The position numbers and the translations under genes were made by a program. A stretch of 64,000 nucleotides of DNA, taken from NCBI GenBank assembly GCA_964563085.1, contig CAZLVS010000002.1:62-64061 (forward strand). The letters run 5' to 3'. Source of the stretch: an uncultured Ignavibacteria bacterium (GTDB lineage: Bacteria; Zixibacteria; MSB-5A5; UM-FILTER-46-8). Within the stretch, counting starts at the first letter, position 1. Each line of letters opens with the position of its first letter. The notes under the pieces are model-generated. The model was not told the origin of the DNA. It did no database searches and saw nothing but the letters and a program-made list of their open reading frames with translations. Of the stretch, positions 18,456 to 26,318 are shown one piece after another.

Positions 18456-19303
18456 AAAAGAAGGCATTGGGTAGAGGCTTAAGCGCTTTAATCCCTGAAC
18501 GTATAGAAGAAATAGATGAGAGTAATCCGACAACTCAGCTTCTGGAAGTACCTATCGATAGAATAAAAGAGAATCCGGATCAGCCCCGAAAGGATTTCGA
18601 CCAGGAATCTCTTAAGGAGTTAGCGATATCGATAAAGAGATCCGGATTGATTCAACCGATAATAATCAGGCGGAAGGATGACGATTTTGAAATTATAGCC
18701 GGCGAACGAAGACTGAAGGCTTCGAAGATCGCCGGTTTGGAGACTGTTAAAGCTATTTTAGCGGAAAACCTGACTCCGGCGAAGAGAATGGAGATCGCAT
18801 TGATAGAAAATCTGCAGCGAACCGACCTCAATCCGATCGAAACCGCGGCGGGAATACGGGAATTGATGACCAGAAGCGAGCTTACCCAGGAGCAAGTTGC
18901 CGAGAATATCGGGAAAGAGCGCAGCACGGTTGCTAACTTACTAAGACTATTATCTTTGCCCGATGAGATTCAGGACGATCTCCGAAGCGGCGTTTTGAGC
19001 GCCGGACATGGACGGATTTTAGCCGGTATTGAGAATGAGGAAGCGCGAAAGAAGTATTGGAAAAAAACGGTCAAAGAAAATTGGTCGGTGCGTAAACTGG
19101 AGAACGGCGTAAAAGGTATCGCTCGACGCAAACCGAAAAAGGAGATTCCCGGTTTCTCAAGTCCATATAGGGACGCTGAGGATTATTTGCGAAGTCATTT
19201 GGGTACTAAGGTTAGAATAGCTAAAGCCGGGAAAAAAGGGAAAATCGAGATAGAATTTTACGACAACGATCAGCTCAACGGTATACTTGACAAAATAGGA
19301 TGA
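18452..19303 (+). CDS. parB: chromosome partitioning protein ParB/Spo0J
   Basis: ParB box IAGERRLKA, HTH segment. Start overlaps the parA stop. Confidence 0.9.
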   Translation: MKKKALGRGLSALIPERIEEIDESNPTTQLLEVPIDRIKENPDQPRKDFDQESLKELAISIKRSGLIQPIIIRRKDDDFEIIAGERRLKASKIAGLETVKAILAENLTPAKRMEIALIENLQRTDLNPIETAAGIRELMTRSELTQEQVAENIGKERSTVANLLRLLSLPDEIQDDLRSGVLSAGHGRILAGIENEEARKKYWKKTVKENWSVRKLENGVKGIARRKPKKEIPGFSSPYRDAEDYLRSHLGTKVRIAKAGKKGKIEIEFYDNDQLNGILDKIG

Positions 19304-19321
19304 TAATTTCCAAGCAGAGAT

Positions 19322-20074
19322 ATGAGTAAAGCGAAATACTATTCAATTGTTTTCGTCCCCGACGAAAGCGGTAATCCTAAGACGATCAAATTTCGCAGGT
19401 TCTGGTTTAAGTTCCTCATTTATCTTATAGTTGTTGGGATTGTCGCATTGGTTATCGCCGCCTTTTTTTACGGCCGGTTGGTTAGTGAAGCTATGGAGGC
19501 GAAAGGATTAAGGACAGAAAATGAGGCATTGATGGAGCAGCATACCGAGTATCTGCTTCTTAAGCAGGAGTTAGAAAAAAACAGGGAGATCGTTTCCAGA
19601 ATAAAGATGCTGGCGGGAATCGACACTATGGATGTCAGTGATTCGCTTAATGCGGATTCCACGATTTTAGCAGAGATTGCCAGTAATCATATTAACACTC
19701 AGATCCCATACGGTTATCCGCTTCGCGGATTTATCAGCAAACGTTTTACCGAATTCGGATTATTCGGGGAGAAGCATTTGGGATTGGACATTACCTGCCC
19801 CGAGGAAACGTTCGTGCACAGCACGGCTGATGGAGTTGTGGAGTTCGTGGGATGGGATGACTATTTCGGAAATCTAATAAGAATTAACCATCAGAATGGA
19901 TACGAGTCGGTCTATGCCCATAATAAGGAATCGCGTGTTGAGGAGGGCGAAAAAGTTAAGCGCGGCGATGTAATCGCGCTCTCGGGAAACAGCGGTATAT
20001 CGAGTGGACCTCATCTTCATTACGAAGTTCTCAAAAACGGCAAACCGCTTGACCCGGAACGATTTTTAGAATAG
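19322..20074 (+). CDS. M23 family metallopeptidase (LytM domain) with N-terminal membrane anchor and coiled coil
   Basis: HLGLDI…NHQNGYESVYAHN…GNSGISSGPHLHYEV (HxxxD / HxH zinc ligands of M23). Confidence 0.8.
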   Translation: MSKAKYYSIVFVPDESGNPKTIKFRRFWFKFLIYLIVVGIVALVIAAFFYGRLVSEAMEAKGLRTENEALMEQHTEYLLLKQELEKNREIVSRIKMLAGIDTMDVSDSLNADSTILAEIASNHINTQIPYGYPLRGFISKRFTEFGLFGEKHLGLDITCPEETFVHSTADGVVEFVGWDDYFGNLIRINHQNGYESVYAHNKESRVEEGEKVKRGDVIALSGNSGISSGPHLHYEVLKNGKPLDPERFLE

Positions 20075-20089
20075 GATTTACGCAAAATA

Positions 20090-20488
20090 ATGTTTAACCG
20101 GAGAGATAAATCTATGAAGGAATCGGATTCTTTAAATACAATAATCGGTAAGGGTTCAACTATTTCGGGCAACCTGGATGTTCAGGGCAGCTTGCGGGTT
20201 GACGGCGCCATAAAAGGCGAGGTGAAATGCTCGGATTTGTTAACCGTAGGCCCTACCGGTTTGATTGAGGGGGAGGTAATGGTTAAGGAGTTGATGCTGG
20301 GCGGTAGAGTAACAGGCAATATAAAATCGGAGGAAAAAATAGAGCTTAAGAATAAATCTGTTGTTGACGGAGACATAAGAACCAAGAGTTTACTGGTCGA
20401 GCCTGGCGCAAAATTCAACGGAAATTGTAATATGGGGCAAGAGGTTACAAGCAAGCCAGCCGAAACCAAGAAAAAAAATGAACATTGA
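20090..20488 (+). CDS. bactofilin (polymer-forming cytoskeletal protein, DUF583)
   Basis: Repeating beta-helical pattern SGNLDVQGSLRVDGAIKGEV…TGNIKSEEKIELKNKSVVDGDIRTKSLLVEPGAKFNG with K/E-rich tail. Confidence 0.7.
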   Translation: MFNRRDKSMKESDSLNTIIGKGSTISGNLDVQGSLRVDGAIKGEVKCSDLLTVGPTGLIEGEVMVKELMLGGRVTGNIKSEEKIELKNKSVVDGDIRTKSLLVEPGAKFNGNCNMGQEVTSKPAETKKKNEH

Positions 20489-20600
20489 TGTTGACAACTT
20501 ATTAAAAAGTGTGGAAATGTGCCTAATATGTTGAATATTATTGGATTATGCCCTAATATAGTCCTAACAGAATGCCAGTTATCCACAATTGGAGAAAAAT

Positions 20601-21290
20601 GTGGTTGCAGCTAAGTTAGCAAATGGCGGAGTTATAGTTCTGGTTATCGGGCTCCTGCTCCTGTTGCTGCAGCTTTATCGTTCTTTTTCCAAAATGCGCG
20701 GGAAAAAAGAAGATGCTCCGAAATTCAGGTCAAAATTCGCCAATTTTGTGGATGTGGTGATAATTTTTATAGGCGGGATTTTAATTATCTTCTCTCAACT
20801 TATTTTTTGGCTGTCTGCTAACATGCGATATCATATTCCCTGTGCTGACAATCAAATCCTGGGTACGATTATGACTTACAGCCATGATGAAACCTACCCT
20901 CAGTTAGGTTTTCAATATACTCCGGAAGGTAATAATGAGCAAAACCAACCATTTCGGTTTGAGTTGAGTGGTTACAAATGGAGCGTGTCGGGTGAAGTGG
21001 TTGAATGGCCTGAATGGACGTCGATCTTTGATATTGATAGGTCCTGCAAGATTAATTCAATTAATAGCTCCGGGTTTACCGAACAGGATTCGGTGAGGAT
21101 GAGCGGGGTGAATATCTACTCTATCGGGGGTGGAAAATCAAAAATTTTCGACCGTTATGAGGATTTCGGAGTATTATTCTTTGGGATTAAAGTGAAACCG
21201 GTAGTTTCGGATACCATTTCATTCTATCCCGAACGCAGCTACGACATATTGGCAGATTCGACAGGTTTAATCTTGAAGAAACCAGATTGA
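20601..21290 (+). CDS. hypothetical membrane protein (2 TM) upstream of MoxR ATPase
   Basis: Hydrophobic segments GGVIVLVIGLLLLLLQL and VVIIFIGGILIIFSQLIFWL. GTG start after ggag RBS. No recognisable domain. Confidence 0.4.
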   Translation: MVAAKLANGGVIVLVIGLLLLLLQLYRSFSKMRGKKEDAPKFRSKFANFVDVVIIFIGGILIIFSQLIFWLSANMRYHIPCADNQILGTIMTYSHDETYPQLGFQYTPEGNNEQNQPFRFELSGYKWSVSGEVVEWPEWTSIFDIDRSCKINSINSSGFTEQDSVRMSGVNIYSIGGGKSKIFDRYEDFGVLFFGIKVKPVVSDTISFYPERSYDILADSTGLILKKPD

Positions 21291-21436
21291 TAAAATCGGT
21301 CGATTATAAATTACCGGAAACAAATGCATAACTGGCGCCGGTTTTACCTGCCTACGGCTTTTTAAATTTGATGTTGACTCGAGATGAGAAATTCGGAATG
21401 CTCTCATTTCGAAAATAAATTACAACTGGAGATGAA

Positions 21437-22432
21437 ATGACTGAAGAAAAAAAAGGCGACATACAAGCGGCACAAGAACTTAAAGAAGGTTTTGAGAAGA
21501 TCAGAAAAGAGATTGGCAAAGTAATAGTCGGCCAGTCCGATGTGGTGGAAAAGCTCCTGATCGGGGTGCTTGCTAAAGGACATTGCTTGTTGATCGGGGT
21601 TCCGGGACTGGCGAAAACGATGTTGATCAGCACGCTGGCCGAGGTCCTTGATTTGAAATTTTCTCGAATTCAGTTTACGCCGGATTTGATGCCATCGGAT
21701 ATTACCGGTACTGAAATACTGGAGCAAAATGTTTCCACCGGCGCCAGAGAGTTTAAATTCATCAAGGGTCCGATATTCGGCAACATAGTCCTGGCCGATG
21801 AGATAAACAGAACTCCTCCCAAAACCCAAGCGGCTTTGCTGCAGGCGATGCAGGAATATAATGTCAGCGCCGGGAACGAAACTTTCCCCCTCGAAGCTCC
21901 ATTTTTCGTACTCGCTACTCAGAATCCAATAGAACTGGAAGGAACTTATCCGCTGCCTGAAGCCCAATTGGATCGATTTATGTTCAATATTTACATTGAT
22001 TACCCGTCCGAGGCGGAAGAACAGGAGATAGTGAGAACCACAACATCGGCTTATACCGCAGAGCTGGAAAAAGTTTTCGATGCCGATTCGCTGATAAAGC
22101 TGCAGAGTTTGATTAGAAAAGTGCCTGTCTCCGATAAGGTTGTGGAGTATGCGGTTAAATTGGCGAGGAAAACCAGGCCCACCGAAGATGCCCAGGATTA
22201 CATTAAGAATTGGGTAACCTGGGGCGCCGGACCAAGAGCATCGCAATACCTTATACTCGGCGCAAAAACCCGATGCTTGCTGTATGGAAGACCTACGCCG
22301 TCGGTTGAAGACGTCAGGGAAGTCGCCGAATCGGTTCTGCGGCATAGAATAGTCACCTCTTTCAATGCCGAAGCGGAAGGAGTCGGGGTAACAGATATTA
22401 TCGAGAAACTGCTGGCAAATACCTCGGATTAA
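21437..22432 (+). CDS. MoxR-family AAA+ ATPase
   Basis: Walker A GHCLLIGVPGLAKT, Walker B VLADEINR, sensor region. Overall MoxR/RavA collinearity. Confidence 0.9.
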   Translation: MTEEKKGDIQAAQELKEGFEKIRKEIGKVIVGQSDVVEKLLIGVLAKGHCLLIGVPGLAKTMLISTLAEVLDLKFSRIQFTPDLMPSDITGTEILEQNVSTGAREFKFIKGPIFGNIVLADEINRTPPKTQAALLQAMQEYNVSAGNETFPLEAPFFVLATQNPIELEGTYPLPEAQLDRFMFNIYIDYPSEAEEQEIVRTTTSAYTAELEKVFDADSLIKLQSLIRKVPVSDKVVEYAVKLARKTRPTEDAQDYIKNWVTWGAGPRASQYLILGAKTRCLLYGRPTPSVEDVREVAESVLRHRIVTSFNAEAEGVGVTDIIEKLLANTSD

Positions 22433-22542
22433 ATCGGTCAAGATATGGTCTGAATCGTATCAGATTCTTTGCACTAAAAGCAAGGGGGCGAAGCGGAGCG
22501 ATTCCTCCCGAGCTTCGTGCGCGGTTTTCGTCCCCGCAATAG

Positions 22543-22700
22543 CCTGTATTATTCATAAACTTCGTTATCAGCAGCGGAAGCCTTGCGCTTCCGGCGTCTT
22601 TTTGAAACCCTCAATTCCAGTCTGTATATGATCTACTTCAATTAAGCTCCCGAAGGACAAGCCTTCGGCTACGAATAAATTCTTTTCACGAATTATCCGA
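22543..22700 (+). repeat. ~155-bp intergenic repeat element, copy 5
   Basis: cctgtattattcataaac…agcggaagccttgcgcttccggcgtctttttgaaaccctcaattccagtctgtatatgatctacttc…cccgaaggacaagccttcggctacg…. Confidence 0.8.
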
Positions 22701-22890
22701 AATAGGCGGGCAGTTGGGGGGATCGCCTGACACGGCTTCCGCAGCAATGCAAATTTTCTTTTTGGGAGGGGGGCTTCACGCCCATGCGTGAAGCCGAGGT
22801 GCGTTATTTTATTGTGGGGTGAGCCTTCCCGCCTGTAGCGGGCTAATCATTCCACCTGCACGGATTGGACAGAATGAGTGGAAGTTCGGC

Positions 22891-25278
22891 CTATTTAAAG
22901 CTGAATTCAATCCCTCCATAAACCAGGCGACCATACACAGGGGCATACATAAATGCGGCGTCATCAGTGTGTTTTTCCTTCTGAACATAGTCAGATAGGT
23001 TTTCCGCGCGGACATATACTTCGAGATTGTCCGTCAGGTTTCTTGAGACTTTAGCATTGAAAATCATAAACGCTTCGGTCCATTTTATCTTGGAGTTATC
23101 AGGATTGTCTTCCGAGTAATAGTCGATATACATATGTCCCTTGTAATCACCCCTAAAAACAAATTTCCAGGTTTTGGGCTTATAACTTATCTTGAATCCT
23201 CCCTCAAATGCGGGATACCTGGAGATTTTCTTACTCACTTCCTCATAAGGCGAGCCAACCCAATCATCCCTTACTCGCTCATATTCCGCATGATTATGTG
23301 CGGCGTTTACTGCTAAAGCCAGGGAGGAAGTGACGGCAAATTGACTGCTGAACTCCACGCCCATCACTGCCGCATCATCTATGTTTTTCCATTGGTAATC
23401 GTAACCGAGATTTTTAATCCTGGAGCCATCCTCCGCTTCGGTGAAATCTATGGCATCGCGCAGCTCTGTTCGGTATAAGTTTAGTGTTAATCCAAATGAA
23501 CTCTTGGTATAATCCATTGTCAGACTATAGCTAATAGACCTTTCGGGCACCAAATCGCTCCCCCTGTAAACTCGAGGGGAACCGCTGCACAAATGGAGAT
23601 CTTCAGAGAATCCATGTGGAACTCGATATCCGGTTCCGATACTTCCTCTCAGAGTTAAATCTTCGTTAGCACTCAGCTTAATCGCAAATCTCGGATTTAA
23701 TGTAGAGTTGTCATACTTAGTCGGTTCTACACCCTCAGGATACACATTTCCGGAACCATGGAAATCGTCTTCGGACCGGTGGTAATCGTAACGAAGACCT
23801 GCGGTTAATTCGATATTTGAGCTTACATTGAACTCGTCCTGTACGTATAAGCCAACTTCATTCGCGGTTTTATCACTGAACGATGTGTAGGCTTCTCCTG
23901 AATCGAAATCGACATACTTCCCTGATTCTCCGAGCTTGTTGTGTGAAAATTGAGCTCCAGTTAGGAAGCGATGAGAATTACCGACAGGTTGAATGTAATG
24001 AATGTTTGCCACATATAGATCTTCGTCTGCAAGATAAGGCCTTAAAACATCCACCGGAGGAGGCTCTTCATTGGCTTCGAGATAATCCCCGAGGAAGGTG
24101 TCATTGGTTGCGTTCCTTTTATGCCGCACATAGGATAGCTCCAGGTTTACCTCGTTTCCGGCAGGAAACATCTTCCAATAATCGATTGCCATGGAGTACC
24201 TATCCGTTATTATCCGTTCGCTTCCTGCCGAAAAAGGATTCTCATAACTGTTGTCAGCTAACTCTCCTCCTTGCCGAAGCTCGTTTAAAATCCTTCCCCT
24301 AAGCGCCAATTCATCCGAATGCGTGATGTCTTCAATGAAAAGATTGAAACCGGCAGTTTTGTTATTGGTTTTAACTCGATCGGTCAGTCCGTCAGTGTGC
24401 TTTACCTCGTCGGCTCCATATCCATCACGTGTTTCATCGATAGCATCTCCAACATTTTGCTGAGCGAAGAAGAATACCCCGATATTGTCTTTTCTGTTCC
24501 CCGCTGCCGCCTTGTAGCGATTGGTTCCGTGCTCGCCGATTTCCACCCCGATAGTCCCTTTGGTTGAATACGGCCTTTCGGTTATGACATTAATAGCTCC
24601 GGCGATTGCGTTGCTGCCATAAAGGGCTGACCCGGCGCCTTTGACTACTTCTATCTGGCTAACATCGGCAGTTCCTATTTGCTGAAGTCCATAAACTGCA
24701 GCCAACCCGGAATAAACCGGTTGCCCATCCATCAATATTTGAGTATGGTCCGCTCCCAAGCCCTGCATTCGCAAAACACTAAAGTTGCAGTTTTGGCATT
24801 GTTGCTCCACCCTTATTCCGGCTGTTCCATCTAACGCTTCGTAAATGTTATCGGCTCCTTTATCGTCAATGTCTCTTTTAGTGATTACTTCGGTGTAGAC
24901 CGGGACCTGCTTGATATAACGCGGAGTTCTCGTTCCGGTAACTACTACCCCTTCCAGTTCAAGCGGAGTTTCCGTCAAACCTATCTCGACTTTGGCGGTT
25001 CTCCCATATTCCACTTCTACTGACTTGTGCACAGCTTTGTAACCGATCTGGCTTACAACAATATCATGTTTTCCAAGCGGCGCATCTTTTATTATGAAGT
25101 TTCCGTCCTTATCGGTTCCAGCGCCGATATTTGTGCCCTCAATTATCACACTTGCCCAGGGTATTACCTCCGAAGTTTTTGAATTATAGACAGTTCCTTC
25201 AATTGCTCCGCCAACGCCCAAAGCCAATTCGTATATAAGTAACCAGCAAATACATATAATAATCACATGCATTTTCAT
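22891..25278 (-). CDS. TonB-dependent outer-membrane receptor with N-terminal carboxypeptidase-regulatory-like domain
   Basis: Signal peptide. CarbopepD_reg-like segment GTVYNSKTSEVIPWASVIIEGTNIGAGTDKDGNFII. Plug region (…GIRVEQQCQNCNFSVLRMQGLGADHTQILMDGQPV). Long beta-barrel ending …GGIEFSFK. Confidence 0.8.
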   Translation of the reverse strand: MKMHVIIICICWLLIYELALGVGGAIEGTVYNSKTSEVIPWASVIIEGTNIGAGTDKDGNFIIKDAPLGKHDIVVSQIGYKAVHKSVEVEYGRTAKVEIGLTETPLELEGVVVTGTRTPRYIKQVPVYTEVITKRDIDDKGADNIYEALDGTAGIRVEQQCQNCNFSVLRMQGLGADHTQILMDGQPVYSGLAAVYGLQQIGTADVSQIEVVKGAGSALYGSNAIAGAINVITERPYSTKGTIGVEIGEHGTNRYKAAAGNRKDNIGVFFFAQQNVGDAIDETRDGYGADEVKHTDGLTDRVKTNNKTAGFNLFIEDITHSDELALRGRILNELRQGGELADNSYENPFSAGSERIITDRYSMAIDYWKMFPAGNEVNLELSYVRHKRNATNDTFLGDYLEANEEPPPVDVLRPYLADEDLYVANIHYIQPVGNSHRFLTGAQFSHNKLGESGKYVDFDSGEAYTSFSDKTANEVGLYVQDEFNVSSNIELTAGLRYDYHRSEDDFHGSGNVYPEGVEPTKYDNSTLNPRFAIKLSANEDLTLRGSIGTGYRVPHGFSEDLHLCSGSPRVYRGSDLVPERSISYSLTMDYTKSSFGLTLNLYRTELRDAIDFTEAEDGSRIKNLGYDYQWKNIDDAAVMGVEFSSQFAVTSSLALAVNAAHNHAEYERVRDDWVGSPYEEVSKKISRYPAFEGGFKISYKPKTWKFVFRGDYKGHMYIDYYSEDNPDNSKIKWTEAFMIFNAKVSRNLTDNLEVYVRAENLSDYVQKEKHTDDAAFMYAPVYGRLVYGGIEFSFK

Positions 25279-25365
25279 TATTCACTCCTTCTGTAAAAAT
25301 CCTCAGCTAATCTGCTAAGTAGTTATAATTAATGATAAAGTTGAATTTGTTTATACTGAAACGAT

Positions 25366-25740
25366 TTAAGAAGGGGGAGCACGGTTTGAATAGTTGTAGA
25401 ATGCGCCAAATTCCAGAGGGAAAACATTCCGAAATATCGCATTATATTTCGATGGAAATAATCCCCATAAAACAATCAGGCTCCATATTATTATGATTTT
25501 TAATAATTTAAGTACAGCATTATAGAACTGGAATTCGAAATTGGTATGCGAATGGTTTGACGAGTCCGGATGCTTTGCCGGATATTCAGAGAATAGATGA
25601 CTGTGTACAATGATTTTACCATCTTCGAGGGTATGAAGATGCATTGTACTGAAAATAGTTATTAAGAATCCTGAGAATAGAACAAGGATGATTCCCGAGA
25701 GTATATTTTGATATTTTCGTGTCAATGTCAAAGATGTCAT
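25366..25740 (-). CDS. small His-rich membrane protein (hypothetical) adjacent to TonB receptor
   Basis: Two TM helices flanking a His-rich loop HLHTLEDGKIIVHSHLFSEYPAKHPDSSNHSHTNFE. No RBS seen; speculative. Confidence 0.35.
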   Translation of the reverse strand: MTSLTLTRKYQNILSGIILVLFSGFLITIFSTMHLHTLEDGKIIVHSHLFSEYPAKHPDSSNHSHTNFEFQFYNAVLKLLKIIIIWSLIVLWGLFPSKYNAIFRNVFPLEFGAFYNYSNRAPPS

Positions 25741-25874
25741 TATTTACCAAATCCCAATGATTAGGTCTCCCTAATTTTGTTATGGGTGCCTAAATTATTA
25801 TACCGACCACTTATTGTCAAGAACTTTGTGAAATATTTCGCAATTTTTTTATTGACGTATGCTATGAGATGTGA

Positions 25875-26040
25875 GATGAAAAGGTAAGAGACCTGTATTC
25901 GGATGCGGGGCGCCCCTGTTCGGCTCCTTTGATGCTGTTCAAGATGATGTTGATAGGATATCTGTACGGGATTCGTTCGGAGCGCAGGTTGGAGCAGGAG
26001 ATAAAGGAAAATATAGGTTACCGCTGGTTTTTAGGGATTA
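25875..26040 (+). mobile_element. IS5/IS1182-family transposase N-terminal fragment (DUF772-like), truncated at both ends
   Basis: Translation …SAPLMLFKMMLIGYLYGIRSERRLEQEIKENIGYRWFLGI matches the conserved transposase InsH N-terminal motif (LLxxxLLxxxYGLSDRxLEExxxxNLAFRWF.GL). Frame has a stop just upstream and diverges ~40 aa later into the repeat element. Confidence 0.5.
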
Positions 26041-26160
26041 GCAGCGTAGCCAAGGCTGTACCCCTGTCAGCCTCATGCTGGTTGACTATGCCATCCTCGC
26101 AACAAGTGCGCTGTCGGGTCGCCGCGCCGGAACTGCCTAAAATGTTGAAATTGCGCCTAA

Positions 26161-26315
26161 CCTGCATTATTCATAAATCCTATCACCGGTAGCGGAAGCC
26201 TTGCGCTTCCGGCGTCTTTTTGAAACCCTCAATTCCAGTCTGTATATGATCTACTTCTATTAAACTCTCGAAGGACAAGCCATCGGCTGCGGATGATGAG
26301 ATTTATGGATAATCC
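26161..26315 (+). repeat. ~155-bp intergenic repeat element, copy 6 (abuts IS fragment)
   Basis: cctgcattattcataaatcctatcaccggtagcggaagccttgcgcttccggcg…tctcgaaggacaagccatcggctgcgg…tttatggataatcc. Confidence 0.8.
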
Positions 26316-26318
26316 AGG

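Noticed and set aside
21404-22441. 345-aa ORF on the minus strand
   Set aside because: It is entirely antisense to the MoxR AAA+ ATPase gene, which has unambiguous Walker A/B motifs. The antisense translation has no recognisable domain and Arg/Ser/Phe-rich composition typical of shadow ORFs.
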